Shown here: piece after piece, positions 20,731 through 30,233 of the stretch
Numbering within the stretch: position 1 is the first letter of the stretch
Layout of the letters: every line of letters begins with the position of its first letter
NCBI GenBank assembly: GCA_016124645.1
Contig: WGNE01000031.1
Span: forward strand, 59,557 to 123,556
Origin: Alphaproteobacteria bacterium
GTDB lineage: Bacteria; Pseudomonadota; Alphaproteobacteria; Micavibrionales; UBA2020
Length of the DNA: 64,000 nt
Reading direction: 5' to 3'
Notes under the pieces: model-generated
What the model was told of the DNA's origin: nothing
The model's input: only the letters and a program-made list of their open reading frames with translations
Databases searched by the model: none
Translations under genes and position numbers: made by a program

Positions 20731-20745
20731 ATTCGCGTTTCGCCG

Positions 20746-21867
20746 TCAGACGCGCATCGGCATCAGCACGTAAAGCGAGGAACTGTCGCTCAGGTCCTGG
20801 ATGATGGTCGGCGAGGCGGGGTCGGAAAGCGACATGCGGCAGCCCTCGCCCTCGATCTGCTTCGCCACGTCCATCAGGTAGGCGGAGTTGAAGCCGATTT
20901 CCATCGGCCCCGCGTTGAACTGGATCTCGATTTCCTCGGACGCGCTGCCGCTGTCGGGCGAGTTGGCGGACAGCGTCATCGTCTTGCCGCCCAGCGTCAG
21001 CTTCACCGCGCGCGATTTTTCCGAGGAGATGGTGGAGACGCGGTCCACCGCGCTCGCGAAGATCGCGGGGTTGAGCTCGAGGAACTTGTCGTTGTTCTTG
21101 GGGATCACGCGCTCGTAATCGGGAAAGGTGCCGTCGATGAGCTTGGTCGTCATCGTCACGTGGTCGAAGGAGAAGCGCAGCTTGTTGTCGGTCAGGCCGA
21201 GCTCGATGGAATCGCCCGCCTCGTCGATGAGCTTGCGGATCTCGTTGATCGCCTTGCGCGGGATGATGACGCCCGGCATGTCCTTCGCGCCCTCGGGCAG
21301 CGGCATTTCGAAGCGCGCGAGGCGGTGGCCGTCGGTCGCGACCGCGCGCAGCACGGCGACGCCGTCGCTTTCCGCCGCGTGCAGGTAGATGCCGTTGAGG
21401 TAGTAGCGCGTTTCCTCGTTCGAGATGGCGAAGCGCGTGCGGTCGATGAGCGTGCGCAGGTCGCCCGCGGGAACGGGGAAGTTGTAGGTGAAATTCTCGG
21501 TGCTGCCCATCTTGGGGAAGTCCTCGGTCGGCAGGCAGCCGAGGCGGAAAGTGGACTTGCCTGCCTTGACCGTCAGCGTGGTGTCGCCCGCGTTGCTAGA
21601 GATCTCGACGTCGGAACCGTCCTGCAGCTTGCGCACGATGTCGTAGAGCGTATGCGCGGGCACCGTGGTCGCGCCCGGCGTGCCCACGCGCGCCGCGACG
21701 GATTCGATGATCTCGAGGTCCATATCCGTGGTGGTCAGCGACAGGCTGTCGTCCGCCGCGTGCAGCAGGACGTTGGCCAGAATGGGAATGGTGTTCCGGC
21801 GCTCGACGACGCTGTGCACGTGGTTGAGGGAGCGAAGCAGGTCGGCGCGGTCAATGGTGAATTTCAT
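20746..21867 (-). CDS. dnaN: DNA polymerase III beta sliding clamp
   Basis: MKFTIDRADLLRSL...PILANVLL... and C-terminal MPMRV. Start trimmed from the ORF-track start to the ATG at 21867. Confidence 0.95.
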   Translation of the reverse strand: MKFTIDRADLLRSLNHVHSVVERRNTIPILANVLLHAADDSLSLTTTDMDLEIIESVAARVGTPGATTVPAHTLYDIVRKLQDGSDVEISSNAGDTTLTVKAGKSTFRLGCLPTEDFPKMGSTENFTYNFPVPAGDLRTLIDRTRFAISNEETRYYLNGIYLHAAESDGVAVLRAVATDGHRLARFEMPLPEGAKDMPGVIIPRKAINEIRKLIDEAGDSIELGLTDNKLRFSFDHVTMTTKLIDGTFPDYERVIPKNNDKFLELNPAIFASAVDRVSTISSEKSRAVKLTLGGKTMTLSANSPDSGSASEEIEIQFNAGPMEIGFNSAYLMDVAKQIEGEGCRMSLSDPASPTIIQDLSDSSSLYVLMPMRV

Positions 21868-22084
21868 GGGCTTTTCCGTCCAGGCAAAGGCTTTAAGGGC
21901 AATATTTCTTAGATGGGCAATTATATCAACGCGATTCGAAAAACCCAAGCGAAAAGCCGCTTGCGGCGGCGCGCAAACCCCCGTCAGCCGCCGATTCCCG
22001 GCGTTTGGGGTACTCGCGAAGGCAGCGGAAAATGCGCACGGAAACGCCGGTCATCCAAGACCGCGTTTTATTTTCCGAAAAGAT

Positions 22085-23329
22085 CTATCCGCGCGCGCGT
22101 TTCTTCGTCGCGCGCAGCGATTCCGCCTCGTCCAGCAGGGGGCGCAGGCTTTCAAGGAAGATATTCGCCCATTTGCGCGCGCCGAGGCGCGAGCCGACGA
22201 GGTCCTGACGGAACTCGAGGATGATATAGGGCAGCCCGCGCGCCTCGGCATGGGTGCTGATCGTGTTCTTGGTCACGTTCTCGTCCTTGAGCGAATAGGG
22301 CTCGTTCTCGCCCACGCGCAGGCCGGGGTTGTTTTCGCGCAGGTTCTCGACCAGCTTGCGCGCGAGCTTTTCTTCCTTGTTCCACAAAACGCCGATTTCC
22401 CACGGGCGCTTGACGCCGCCCATGGCGGGCGTGAAGCTGTGGATGGAGACCAGCATCGGCGTCTTGCCGCGCGACGCGATGCGGTCGAGCTGCGCATCAA
22501 TCTGCTTGTGATAGGGGTCGAAAATCTCTTCCAGCCGCTGGCTGCGCTTGGCGGGGGTGAGGCCCGCATTGCCGGGAATGCGGATGCCGTCGGATTCCTC
22601 GCGCATGCATTCCTCGCTGTCCGCGCCGCGGTTGAGATCGACGACGAGGCGGGAATAGCTGGCGTAGATGGCGGTGGCGTCGAGCGAGCGCGCGACGCTG
22701 CGGCCGATATTGGCCGTGCCCGGGTCCCATGCCACGTGTTTTTTAAGGTCGGCGCGCGACAGGCCGAGGTTTTTCAGCGCGCGTGGCACGACGTTGCTGG
22801 CATGGTCGCAGACGATGAGGCAGTTGGACCCGGCGCGCAGGTTCTCCACGCGGTAGGGCGGCGGCTCGAACCTGCCGAGCAGCGAAGGCAGGTGATGCGT
22901 GGAGACGCGCGCGGCGGGCGTTTTCTTCGCCGCGGATTTCTTTTTCGATGTTTTCTTTTTCGCGGGCGGCTTCCAGGCGACGGGCGCGCGCGACGGGCGC
23001 GGCTTTTTGGCGGCGGGTTTTTTGGCGGGTTTCTTCGCAGGCGTCTTCGCAGCCTTTTTCTTCACCGGCGCGGCGGGCGGTTTCTTCGCGGCGGTTTTCT
23101 TTTTGACAGCGGCTTTCTTGACTGCCTTCTTCTTCGTTGCCTTTTTTACGGTCTTCTTAACCGCTTTTTTCACCGGCGCTTTTTTAACGCTCTTTTTGGC
23201 CGGCTTTGCGGCAGGATTCTTCGCCGCCGTTTTCCCGGCGGTCTTTTTCACGGGCTTTTTGACCGCTTTCTTTTTCGCAGGTTTTTTCGCGGGCGGTTTT
23301 TTGGCGGGTTTGCGTTTGCTGGTTGCCAT
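22085..23329 (-). CDS. N-formylglutamate amidohydrolase-family protein with about 150-aa histone H1-like Lys/Ala/Pro-rich N-terminal extension
   Basis: The N-terminus is (A/P)KK repeats. The C-terminal 260 aa match the FGase family pattern (LIVCDHASN..P..., VVDLNR, SIHSFTP). Confidence 0.8.
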   Translation of the reverse strand: MATSKRKPAKKPPAKKPAKKKAVKKPVKKTAGKTAAKNPAAKPAKKSVKKAPVKKAVKKTVKKATKKKAVKKAAVKKKTAAKKPPAAPVKKKAAKTPAKKPAKKPAAKKPRPSRAPVAWKPPAKKKTSKKKSAAKKTPAARVSTHHLPSLLGRFEPPPYRVENLRAGSNCLIVCDHASNVVPRALKNLGLSRADLKKHVAWDPGTANIGRSVARSLDATAIYASYSRLVVDLNRGADSEECMREESDGIRIPGNAGLTPAKRSQRLEEIFDPYHKQIDAQLDRIASRGKTPMLVSIHSFTPAMGGVKRPWEIGVLWNKEEKLARKLVENLRENNPGLRVGENEPYSLKDENVTKNTISTHAEARGLPYIILEFRQDLVGSRLGARKWANIFLESLRPLLDEAESLRATKKRARG

Positions 23330-23357
23330 CGTCGGGTTCCTCGTCTCTTTTGGGCGG

Positions 23358-24497
23358 TCAGGCCATGTCGAAGCCGCGCCGCGTCACCTTGACGTCCCGG
23401 TGGACATGGGCGGACATCAAGAGCCCGAAACCGAAGAGCACCGAGAGCATCGCCGTCCCCCCGTGGGAGCTCATCGGCAAGGGCACGCCCACGACGGGCA
23501 GAAGCCCCATGACCATACCGATATTGATGAAAATATAAAGCGAAAAATTGATGATGATGCCCGTCGAAAGCAGCCGCCCGAACTGGTTCTGGCAGTTGAA
23601 GGCCATGAAGTAGCCATAGACGATGATGACGGCGAAAAGCGCGAGCAGCGCGAGCCCGCCGACCAGCCCCCATTCCTCGGTGAAGAGGGTGAAGATGAAG
23701 TCTGTCTGCTTTTCCGGCAGGAAGTTGAGGTGGCTTTGCGTGCCGTGCAAAAACCCCTTGCCGAAAACGCCGCCGGAGCCCAGCGCGATCTTCGACTGGG
23801 TGATGTGGTAGCCCGCGCCCAGGGGGTCGCTTTCGGGGTTGAGGAAGATCATCACCCGCTGCCTTTGGTAGTCGTGCATGAAGTGCCAGGCGACGGGCAG
23901 CATGGCCAGCCCCCCCGCGATGACGACGCCGAACATCCAGTAGCTGACCCCCGCGATGAAGAACATGCCCCCCGCGACGGAGATCAGCATGATGGCGGTG
24001 CCGAGGTCCGGCTGGGCCAGCACGAGGCCGACCGGCACGGCCAGCAGGCCCAGCGGCATGACCAGGAACAGGGGGTTTTTCACGTCTTCCGCCGTCGCGC
24101 CGTGGAAGAAGCGCGCCAGCGCGAGCACGATGGCGATTTTCATGATTTCCGAGGGCTGGAGCTGCAGCCCCGCGATCGATATCCAGCGCTGCGCGCCCAT
24201 GCCGATATGCCCCTTGATATCGACGAAGACGAGGGAGAGGATGACGGCGATGAAGATGGGATAGGCGAGCCTCATCCACCAGCGGATGTCGATGACGGAA
24301 ACGACGATCATGCCCGCAAGCCCGATGACGAAGCGGATCGCCTGCTTGCCCGCCCAAGGCTCCACATGCCCGCCCGCCGCGGAATAGAGGGAGACGAAGC
24401 CCACGCAGGCCACCATGGTGATGAGCATCACGAAGGGCCAGCTGACGGAAAGCAGTTTTTCCCCAAGGGAGAGACGGTCGCGCGAGAGAGTGGACAT
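23358..24497 (-). CDS. rodA: peptidoglycan glycosyltransferase RodA (SEDS)
   Basis: FtsW/RodA family pattern (QPSEIMKIAIVL, LPEKQTDFIF, GGTAML). Directly downstream of mrdA. Confidence 0.9.
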   Translation of the reverse strand: MSTLSRDRLSLGEKLLSVSWPFVMLITMVACVGFVSLYSAAGGHVEPWAGKQAIRFVIGLAGMIVVSVIDIRWWMRLAYPIFIAVILSLVFVDIKGHIGMGAQRWISIAGLQLQPSEIMKIAIVLALARFFHGATAEDVKNPLFLVMPLGLLAVPVGLVLAQPDLGTAIMLISVAGGMFFIAGVSYWMFGVVIAGGLAMLPVAWHFMHDYQRQRVMIFLNPESDPLGAGYHITQSKIALGSGGVFGKGFLHGTQSHLNFLPEKQTDFIFTLFTEEWGLVGGLALLALFAVIIVYGYFMAFNCQNQFGRLLSTGIIINFSLYIFINIGMVMGLLPVVGVPLPMSSHGGTAMLSVLFGFGLLMSAHVHRDVKVTRRGFDMA

Positions 24498-24516
24498 GGT
24501 TTTCTTCTACAAGGCT

Positions 24517-26463
24517 TTACCCTTGGCTCCCTTTCTTGCGGCGGGGCGGCTTTTCGGCCCCGGTTTTGCTGCCCGGCCTTTTCGGCGGCAGAGGCGGGAT
24601 ATCCACGAGATTGCCCGCGGCGTCCACCGCCTCGTCCACGGTATGGATGCGGCGCGGGTCGCGCTTTTGCAACGCCTCGAGAATGTCATGCGCGATGGGC
24701 GCGGCCGTTTCGCTGCCGCCCACCCCGTGCTCGACCACCACCGCCGTCACGTAGCGCGGCTTGTGCACCGGGGCGTAGGCGACGAAAAGCGCGTGGTGGC
24801 GGAACTTCCACGGCAAGTCCTTGTTCTTGACCCCCGCCGCGCGCTGGGCGGCGGTGATGCGGCGCACCTGCGCGGTGCCGGACTTGCCGCCCATCTCCCA
24901 GCCCTCGTGCGTGATGCGCGAGCCGCGCGCGGTGCCGTGCGGCCCGTTGACGACCATCTCCATCCCCTTGCGCACGATGCGCAGCGCGGCGGGGTCGAGC
25001 TTCAAGTCGTCCCATTCCGGTATCTGGTTGCCGACGTCCTCGATCGAGCGCACGAGGACGGGGCGCACGGCCTTGCCCCCGCCCACCAGCCGCGCCGTCA
25101 TGGTCGCGAGCTGCAGGGGCGTGGTCAGCACGTAGCCCTGCCCGATGGCGCAGTTGAGCGTTTCGCCCATGTGCCAGATGTCGCGGTAGTGCTTCATTTT
25201 CCATTTCTTGTCGGGGATGAGCCCGCCGCGCTCGCCCGGCACGTCGAAGTCGAGGCGGTGGCCGAGGCCGAAACGCCGCGCCATGGCCGCGATGTTATCG
25301 ATGCCGGTGCGCTTGCCCATTTCGTAGAAGAACACGTCGCATGACTGCTCGATCGCCTCGGTGAAGCCCATGCTGCCGTGCCCGGCGTGCTTCCAGCAGT
25401 GGAACTTGTCCTTGCCCAGCATGTAATAGCCGGGGCAGAAAACGCGGGTGTCGGCGGAAACGCCGCTCGCCATCGCCGCCATCGCCGTCACCATCTTGAA
25501 GGTGGAGCCGGGCGGGTACTGGCCCGTCACCGCCTTGTCGGTCAGGGGCGCGGTTTCATCCGCCAGCAGCTCCTCCCACGTATCGGCGGGAATGCCGCGG
25601 CTGAAAAGGTTGGGATCGAAGCTGGGGTAGGAGCAGAGCGCATAGACCTCGCCCGTCAGCGCGTCCATGGCGACGGCGGCCGCGCTGCGCTGGTGGGAAA
25701 GCATTTCCTGCACCTGCATCTGCAGGTCGGCGTCGAGGGTCAGGGTCAGGCGGTGGCCCTTTTTCGGATCGACGCGGCCCAGCTCGCGCACGGGACGGCC
25801 GACGACGTTGACCTCTTCCTGTATCCGCCCCGCCTGCCCGCGCAACACGGCGTCGAATTTTTTCTCCACCCCTGTCTTGCCGATGCGGAAACCGGGGATG
25901 CTCATGACGGGGTCGTCCGTCATCTCGGCCTCGGAAACCCGCCCGACGTAACCGATGGTATGCGCGGTGGCGTCGCCCAGCGGGTAGGAGCGGATTTCAC
26001 CCTCGTCCACCGAAACGCCGGGCAGGGAGGGCAGGCGCAGCTCGATGGCGGCCATGTCGTCCCACGACAAATTCTCCTTCACCAGCAGCGGGGTGAAGGG
26101 CTTGTGGCGGTCCACCTCGACCAGCACAGCCTGCTTGTCGTCCTCGGTCACGGGGATGATGCGGCTGAGGCGGTCGAGCGTGTCTTCGATGTTGTTGGTC
26201 TGCTCGGGCACGAGGAAGGCGCGGAAGTTGGGCGTGTTGATCGCCAGCGGCACGCCGAAGCGGTCCATGATCTCGCCGCGCCCCGCGGGGACGAGGCGAA
26301 AGCTGATGCGGTTCTTGTCGGACAGGGTCTGGAACTTTTCCTGCTCGACGACCTCGAGGTAGCCGAGGCGCAGGCCCAGAATCGTGAACAGGGCGGTCTG
26401 GCCCGCGCCGATGAGCAGCGCGCGGCGCGAAAACTGCTTGTATCGCTCCATATCCCGGTTCAT
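24517..26463 (-). CDS. mrdA: penicillin-binding protein 2
   Basis: Transpeptidase motifs STFK (PPGSTFKM), SCD-type and KSGTAQ. Start ambiguous: 26463 (GGAAG RBS) or 26499. Confidence 0.9.
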   Translation of the reverse strand: MNRDMERYKQFSRRALLIGAGQTALFTILGLRLGYLEVVEQEKFQTLSDKNRISFRLVPAGRGEIMDRFGVPLAINTPNFRAFLVPEQTNNIEDTLDRLSRIIPVTEDDKQAVLVEVDRHKPFTPLLVKENLSWDDMAAIELRLPSLPGVSVDEGEIRSYPLGDATAHTIGYVGRVSEAEMTDDPVMSIPGFRIGKTGVEKKFDAVLRGQAGRIQEEVNVVGRPVRELGRVDPKKGHRLTLTLDADLQMQVQEMLSHQRSAAAVAMDALTGEVYALCSYPSFDPNLFSRGIPADTWEELLADETAPLTDKAVTGQYPPGSTFKMVTAMAAMASGVSADTRVFCPGYYMLGKDKFHCWKHAGHGSMGFTEAIEQSCDVFFYEMGKRTGIDNIAAMARRFGLGHRLDFDVPGERGGLIPDKKWKMKHYRDIWHMGETLNCAIGQGYVLTTPLQLATMTARLVGGGKAVRPVLVRSIEDVGNQIPEWDDLKLDPAALRIVRKGMEMVVNGPHGTARGSRITHEGWEMGGKSGTAQVRRITAAQRAAGVKNKDLPWKFRHHALFVAYAPVHKPRYVTAVVVEHGVGGSETAAPIAHDILEALQKRDPRRIHTVDEAVDAAGNLVDIPPLPPKRPGSKTGAEKPPRRKKGSQG

Positions 26464-26529
26464 GGCTTCCTTTATAGTCTTTGGGCCGCTCCCCTTCAAT
26501 ATATGTCAAGAAGACGCGTATTGAAGCTT

Positions 26530-27078
26530 TTAATCACGACTTCCCTGGCCGCGCCCGCCCAGCTGGCTGTTGAAGGCGGACAGCACGGGTACCGCCAATG
26601 GGAAGAAAGCGGCGGTCAGGATCGCGCTGGCGATGCAGGGCCGGATGTTGACGAGGTGGAACTCGAACAGCGAGAAAGCCGCCCATTGCAGCGCCCCCGC
26701 CCCGGCCGCGACGATGGCGAAACCCATCCACATCACGATGAAGGACTGGCCGAGCAGGAACTTGCGCTGCGAGACCGTGATCCATTGCGCGAGCACGAGG
26801 GTGAGCGCGGAAAGGCCGAAAGGATAATCGGCGATGAGGTCGAAGGCGAGCCCGACGGCGAAGACGCCGAACGGCGGCAGGGTAGAAGGGCGCATGACCG
26901 CCCAGTAATAGACCGCGATGAGCAGGAAGGAAGGACGGATCTCCCCGATGTTCGCCAGCGTGAAGGGGAAGGTGCTGGTGAGCAAAAGCGCGAAGATGAC
27001 GAGAAGCGTGACGCCCCAGCGCCGCAGGATGCCGAGGATCGACTCCTGCCAGTTGTCGTCGCCGCGCTCAAAAGCCAT
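26530..27078 (-). CDS. mreD: rod shape-determining protein MreD
   Basis: Small 5-TM protein located between mreC and mrdA. Confidence 0.8.
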   Translation of the reverse strand: MAFERGDDNWQESILGILRRWGVTLLVIFALLLTSTFPFTLANIGEIRPSFLLIAVYYWAVMRPSTLPPFGVFAVGLAFDLIADYPFGLSALTLVLAQWITVSQRKFLLGQSFIVMWMGFAIVAAGAGALQWAAFSLFEFHLVNIRPCIASAILTAAFFPLAVPVLSAFNSQLGGRGQGSRD

Positions 27079-27099
27079 GTCTATCGAAATCCCCGCGAT

Positions 27100-27987
27100 T
27101 TACCGCCCGCGTTTCGGGCGGGGCGGCGTGACGTCGCCGGTCACGAGGCTGTGGTCGATGTCGGCGTTGATGACCTGCACATAGGCGAGGCGTTCGAGGT
27201 CGGAAAGCGGCTGGACGAAGGCGCCGTCCGGCCCGACCTGCACGATGGTGCCGACGGGAATGTCGGGCGGCAGCTGGCCGCCGTCGCCGGAAGTCACGAC
27301 GCGCTGGCCGACGGAAAGCCCGCTGTCGATGGGCAGGCGCTCGAGCTTCATGAGGTCGTCGTTCTTGCCCGCCAGTATCGCCTTGGTGCGGGTGTTCTGG
27401 ATGACGACGGGAATGTGGGAGTTAAGGTCGGTCACCAAAAGCACGCGCGAGGAGCGCGTCCCCGCCTCGATGACCCGGCCGACGAGCCCCTGGCCGGACA
27501 TGACGGCGTTGCCCTTCGCGACGTTGTCCTTCACGCCGACCGGCAACAGCAGGCTTTTGACGAAAGCGCCGCCCGGATCGGAAACGACGCGGGCGGTGAC
27601 GAAGGTCAGGGTCGGGTCGGCCTTGACGTTGAGCAGTTCTTTCAGCGACTGGTTCTCGGCCTTGTAGCGCAGGGCGGCTTCGTACCATTGGTGCAGCCGC
27701 GCGTTTTCGGCCTGCAGGCGGATGTTTTCCGCCTTCATCGTGCGCATGGTCTTGATGCCGTCGAAGGAATCGGCGAATTGCGCGACCGGGTCGGACACGA
27801 AGGCGAGCGCGGGGGCCATCATGTCGGTCAGCGCGACGCGCAGCTTTTCGACGGGCTGCTGGTCGATCTTGTGCAGGACCATGAGGGAGAGCGAGAGCAT
27901 CACCAGAACGGCCGTCGTCACCCGCGGGGCGAGACGCCGCAGGGTGAGGGATTGAAGCACCGTTTTGTTTGACCGTCGGGATGCCAA
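27100..27987 (-). CDS. mreC: rod shape-determining protein MreC
   Basis: N-terminal TM, coiled coil (ENIRLQAENARL), beta-barrel domains (GQGLVGRV...VTSG.GG..P..IPVG). TTG start with a GGGAGA RBS. Confidence 0.85.
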   Translation of the reverse strand: MASRRSNKTVLQSLTLRRLAPRVTTAVLVMLSLSLMVLHKIDQQPVEKLRVALTDMMAPALAFVSDPVAQFADSFDGIKTMRTMKAENIRLQAENARLHQWYEAALRYKAENQSLKELLNVKADPTLTFVTARVVSDPGGAFVKSLLLPVGVKDNVAKGNAVMSGQGLVGRVIEAGTRSSRVLLVTDLNSHIPVVIQNTRTKAILAGKNDDLMKLERLPIDSGLSVGQRVVTSGDGGQLPPDIPVGTIVQVGPDGAFVQPLSDLERLAYVQVINADIDHSLVTGDVTPPRPKRGR

Positions 27988-28101
27988 GGATATCTCCCGG
28001 ATGAAAAATGCCTTAATCCCGATTATAGCAAGAATAGCTTAAGAAAAGCAAAAGGGAATTTGCTCCAACTAACTGAAAATATTATTAAAGTTTTAGGTAT
28101 C

Positions 28102-28120
28102 CGACGGGAGGGAGGCGTCG
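28102..28120 (-). promoter_or_regulatory. hairpin with CCUCCCUCC loop immediately after the mreB stop
   Basis: Minus strand reads CGACG-CCTCCCTCC-CGTCG, starting 3 nt after the mreB TGA, at the head of a 135-nt AT-rich mreB-mreC spacer. Confidence 0.35.
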
Positions 28121-28122
28121 CG

Positions 28123-29262
<1,140 letters not shown>

Positions 29263-29400
29263 TTACTGCTTGGCCTTCATGCGCGGGTTTTCCTTGTTGA
29301 TGACGTAAAGGCGCATCTTGCCCTTGCCGTCACGGCGGCGGACGATTTTGTTGTTTTTATCGCGGCTTTTCAGCGATTTAAGTGACGAGGTCTTTTTCAT
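29263..29400 (-). CDS. rpmJ: 50S ribosomal protein L36 (cysteine-free, alphaproteobacterial-type variant)
   Basis: [45 protein letters not shown] matches the L36 pattern (SLKS.K.R...N..VRRRGR.YVINK.NPR.KA.Q) with a short insertion. The ORF-track ORF is longer; the internal ATG at 29400 is used. Confidence 0.75.
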   Translation of the reverse strand: MKKTSSLKSLKSRDKNNKIVRRRDGKGKMRLYVINKENPRMKAKQ

Positions 29401-29754
29401 GATATCGATTCCATATGTCTGCAAGTCGTTGCTTTCAATGAAGCAGTGCAAACTACTGATTTTTTTAATTTTAGTCAACCATCATCTGACGGTTTCTGAC
29501 AATTATCCGCCCCGGCGCCCCCGGAGGGTCCCGCGGCCCGAAAAACCGCGGGCGCGAAGGTGATTCTCCGGCCGGTGATTCTTCATGCGCCTTCATACCC
29601 TAAAAGTGACATAAAAGGAAAGACATCGGTTTATCTTGTAACAAAATTACGCTTACATATGTTGCAGAGCAGTATAATTATCTTTTAACGCAAGATATGA
29701 TAATTTTAAACTTATGAAAAAAATTGCTTGCATTCACCCGTTTTTATGTTACTT

Positions 29755-29936
29755 CTTGCGTGCTTAGTTGTTGAGCCGGGGGTTTCAATCCGCACACAAC
29801 TGGTCTTACGACCTATCTCACTACAGCCCGCCTATAAGCAAAAAAAGGGCTCAACACCAAACTCTCGGCGACGAGAGGGTATAAAAGAATAAAAAACAAA
29901 ACGACCCCGCTCTTTTCGAAGGCGGGGTCGTTTTTC
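29755..29936 (+). ncRNA. candidate structured leader / small RNA ending in an intrinsic terminator (family unknown)
   Basis: Non-coding stretch downstream of an AT-rich promoter-like region. Long-range stem GTTGAGCC (29768-75) / GGCTCAAC (29848-55). Hairpin CTCTCG-GCGA-CGAGAG (29862-77, GNRA loop). Terminator at 29902-29936. The 5' end is not defined. Confidence 0.3.
29902..29936. terminator. rho-independent terminator (functional-looking on both strands)
   Basis: CGACCCCGC ... GCGGGGTCG stem. T5 on the plus strand, TTTTGTTTTTT on the minus strand. Confidence 0.65.
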
Positions 29937-30003
29937 TGTAACCATCCGCGCCGCGCCCCCGAACACCCCCCCGTCCGTACCACCTTCATAAAAGGAGAAC
30001 GAC

Positions 30004-30162
30004 ATGGCACAGACGCAACTGATGGAGAAAGCCGGTTCCTGCTGCAAGGGCTTCGACGCCGCGGCGGACCGGGATGCCGTGAAACCGCTGCCCTTCGCGA
30101 TCGTACCGAAGGCGCCGGTGCCCGAGCATCTCATCTGTCCCTGCTACCGGCCGAAACGTTAA
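30004..30162 (+). CDS. unannotated 52-aa cysteine-pair small protein (MAQTQLMEKAGSCCKGFDAAADRDAVKPLPFAIVPKAPVPEHLICPCYRPKR)
   Basis: Below the 60-aa ORF-track cutoff. AAAGGAGAA RBS 6 nt upstream of the ATG. GC3-rich codons. Its own strong plus-strand terminator at 30182-30218. Confidence 0.5.
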   Translation: MAQTQLMEKAGSCCKGFDAAADRDAVKPLPFAIVPKAPVPEHLICPCYRPKR

Positions 30163-30181
30163 GCTTCGCCCGCAAGCAAGA

Positions 30182-30218
30182 AGCCCTGCATCGCCGATAA
30201 GCGGTGCAGGGCTTTTTT
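30182..30218 (+). terminator. rho-independent terminator after the sORF
   Basis: AGCCCTGCA ... TGCAGGGCT stem followed by T6. Confidence 0.65.
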
Positions 30219-30233
30219 CGTTTGCGGGTTTCG

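Noticed and set aside
29776-29795. tRNA T-arm-like string GGGGGTTTCAATCCGC, suggesting a tRNA or a two-piece tmRNA
   Set aside because: The T-stem is not complementary. There is no acceptor stem or CCA context. No alphaproteobacterial tag reading frame (ANDN...) lies nearby. It is treated only as part of an unassigned structured RNA candidate.
29813-30134. Minus-strand ORFs 29813-30010 and 29832-30134 in the rpmJ-guaC gap
   Set aside because: They run through two intrinsic terminators and have no RBS. The plus-strand 52-aa sORF, with an RBS and its own terminator, explains the region better.
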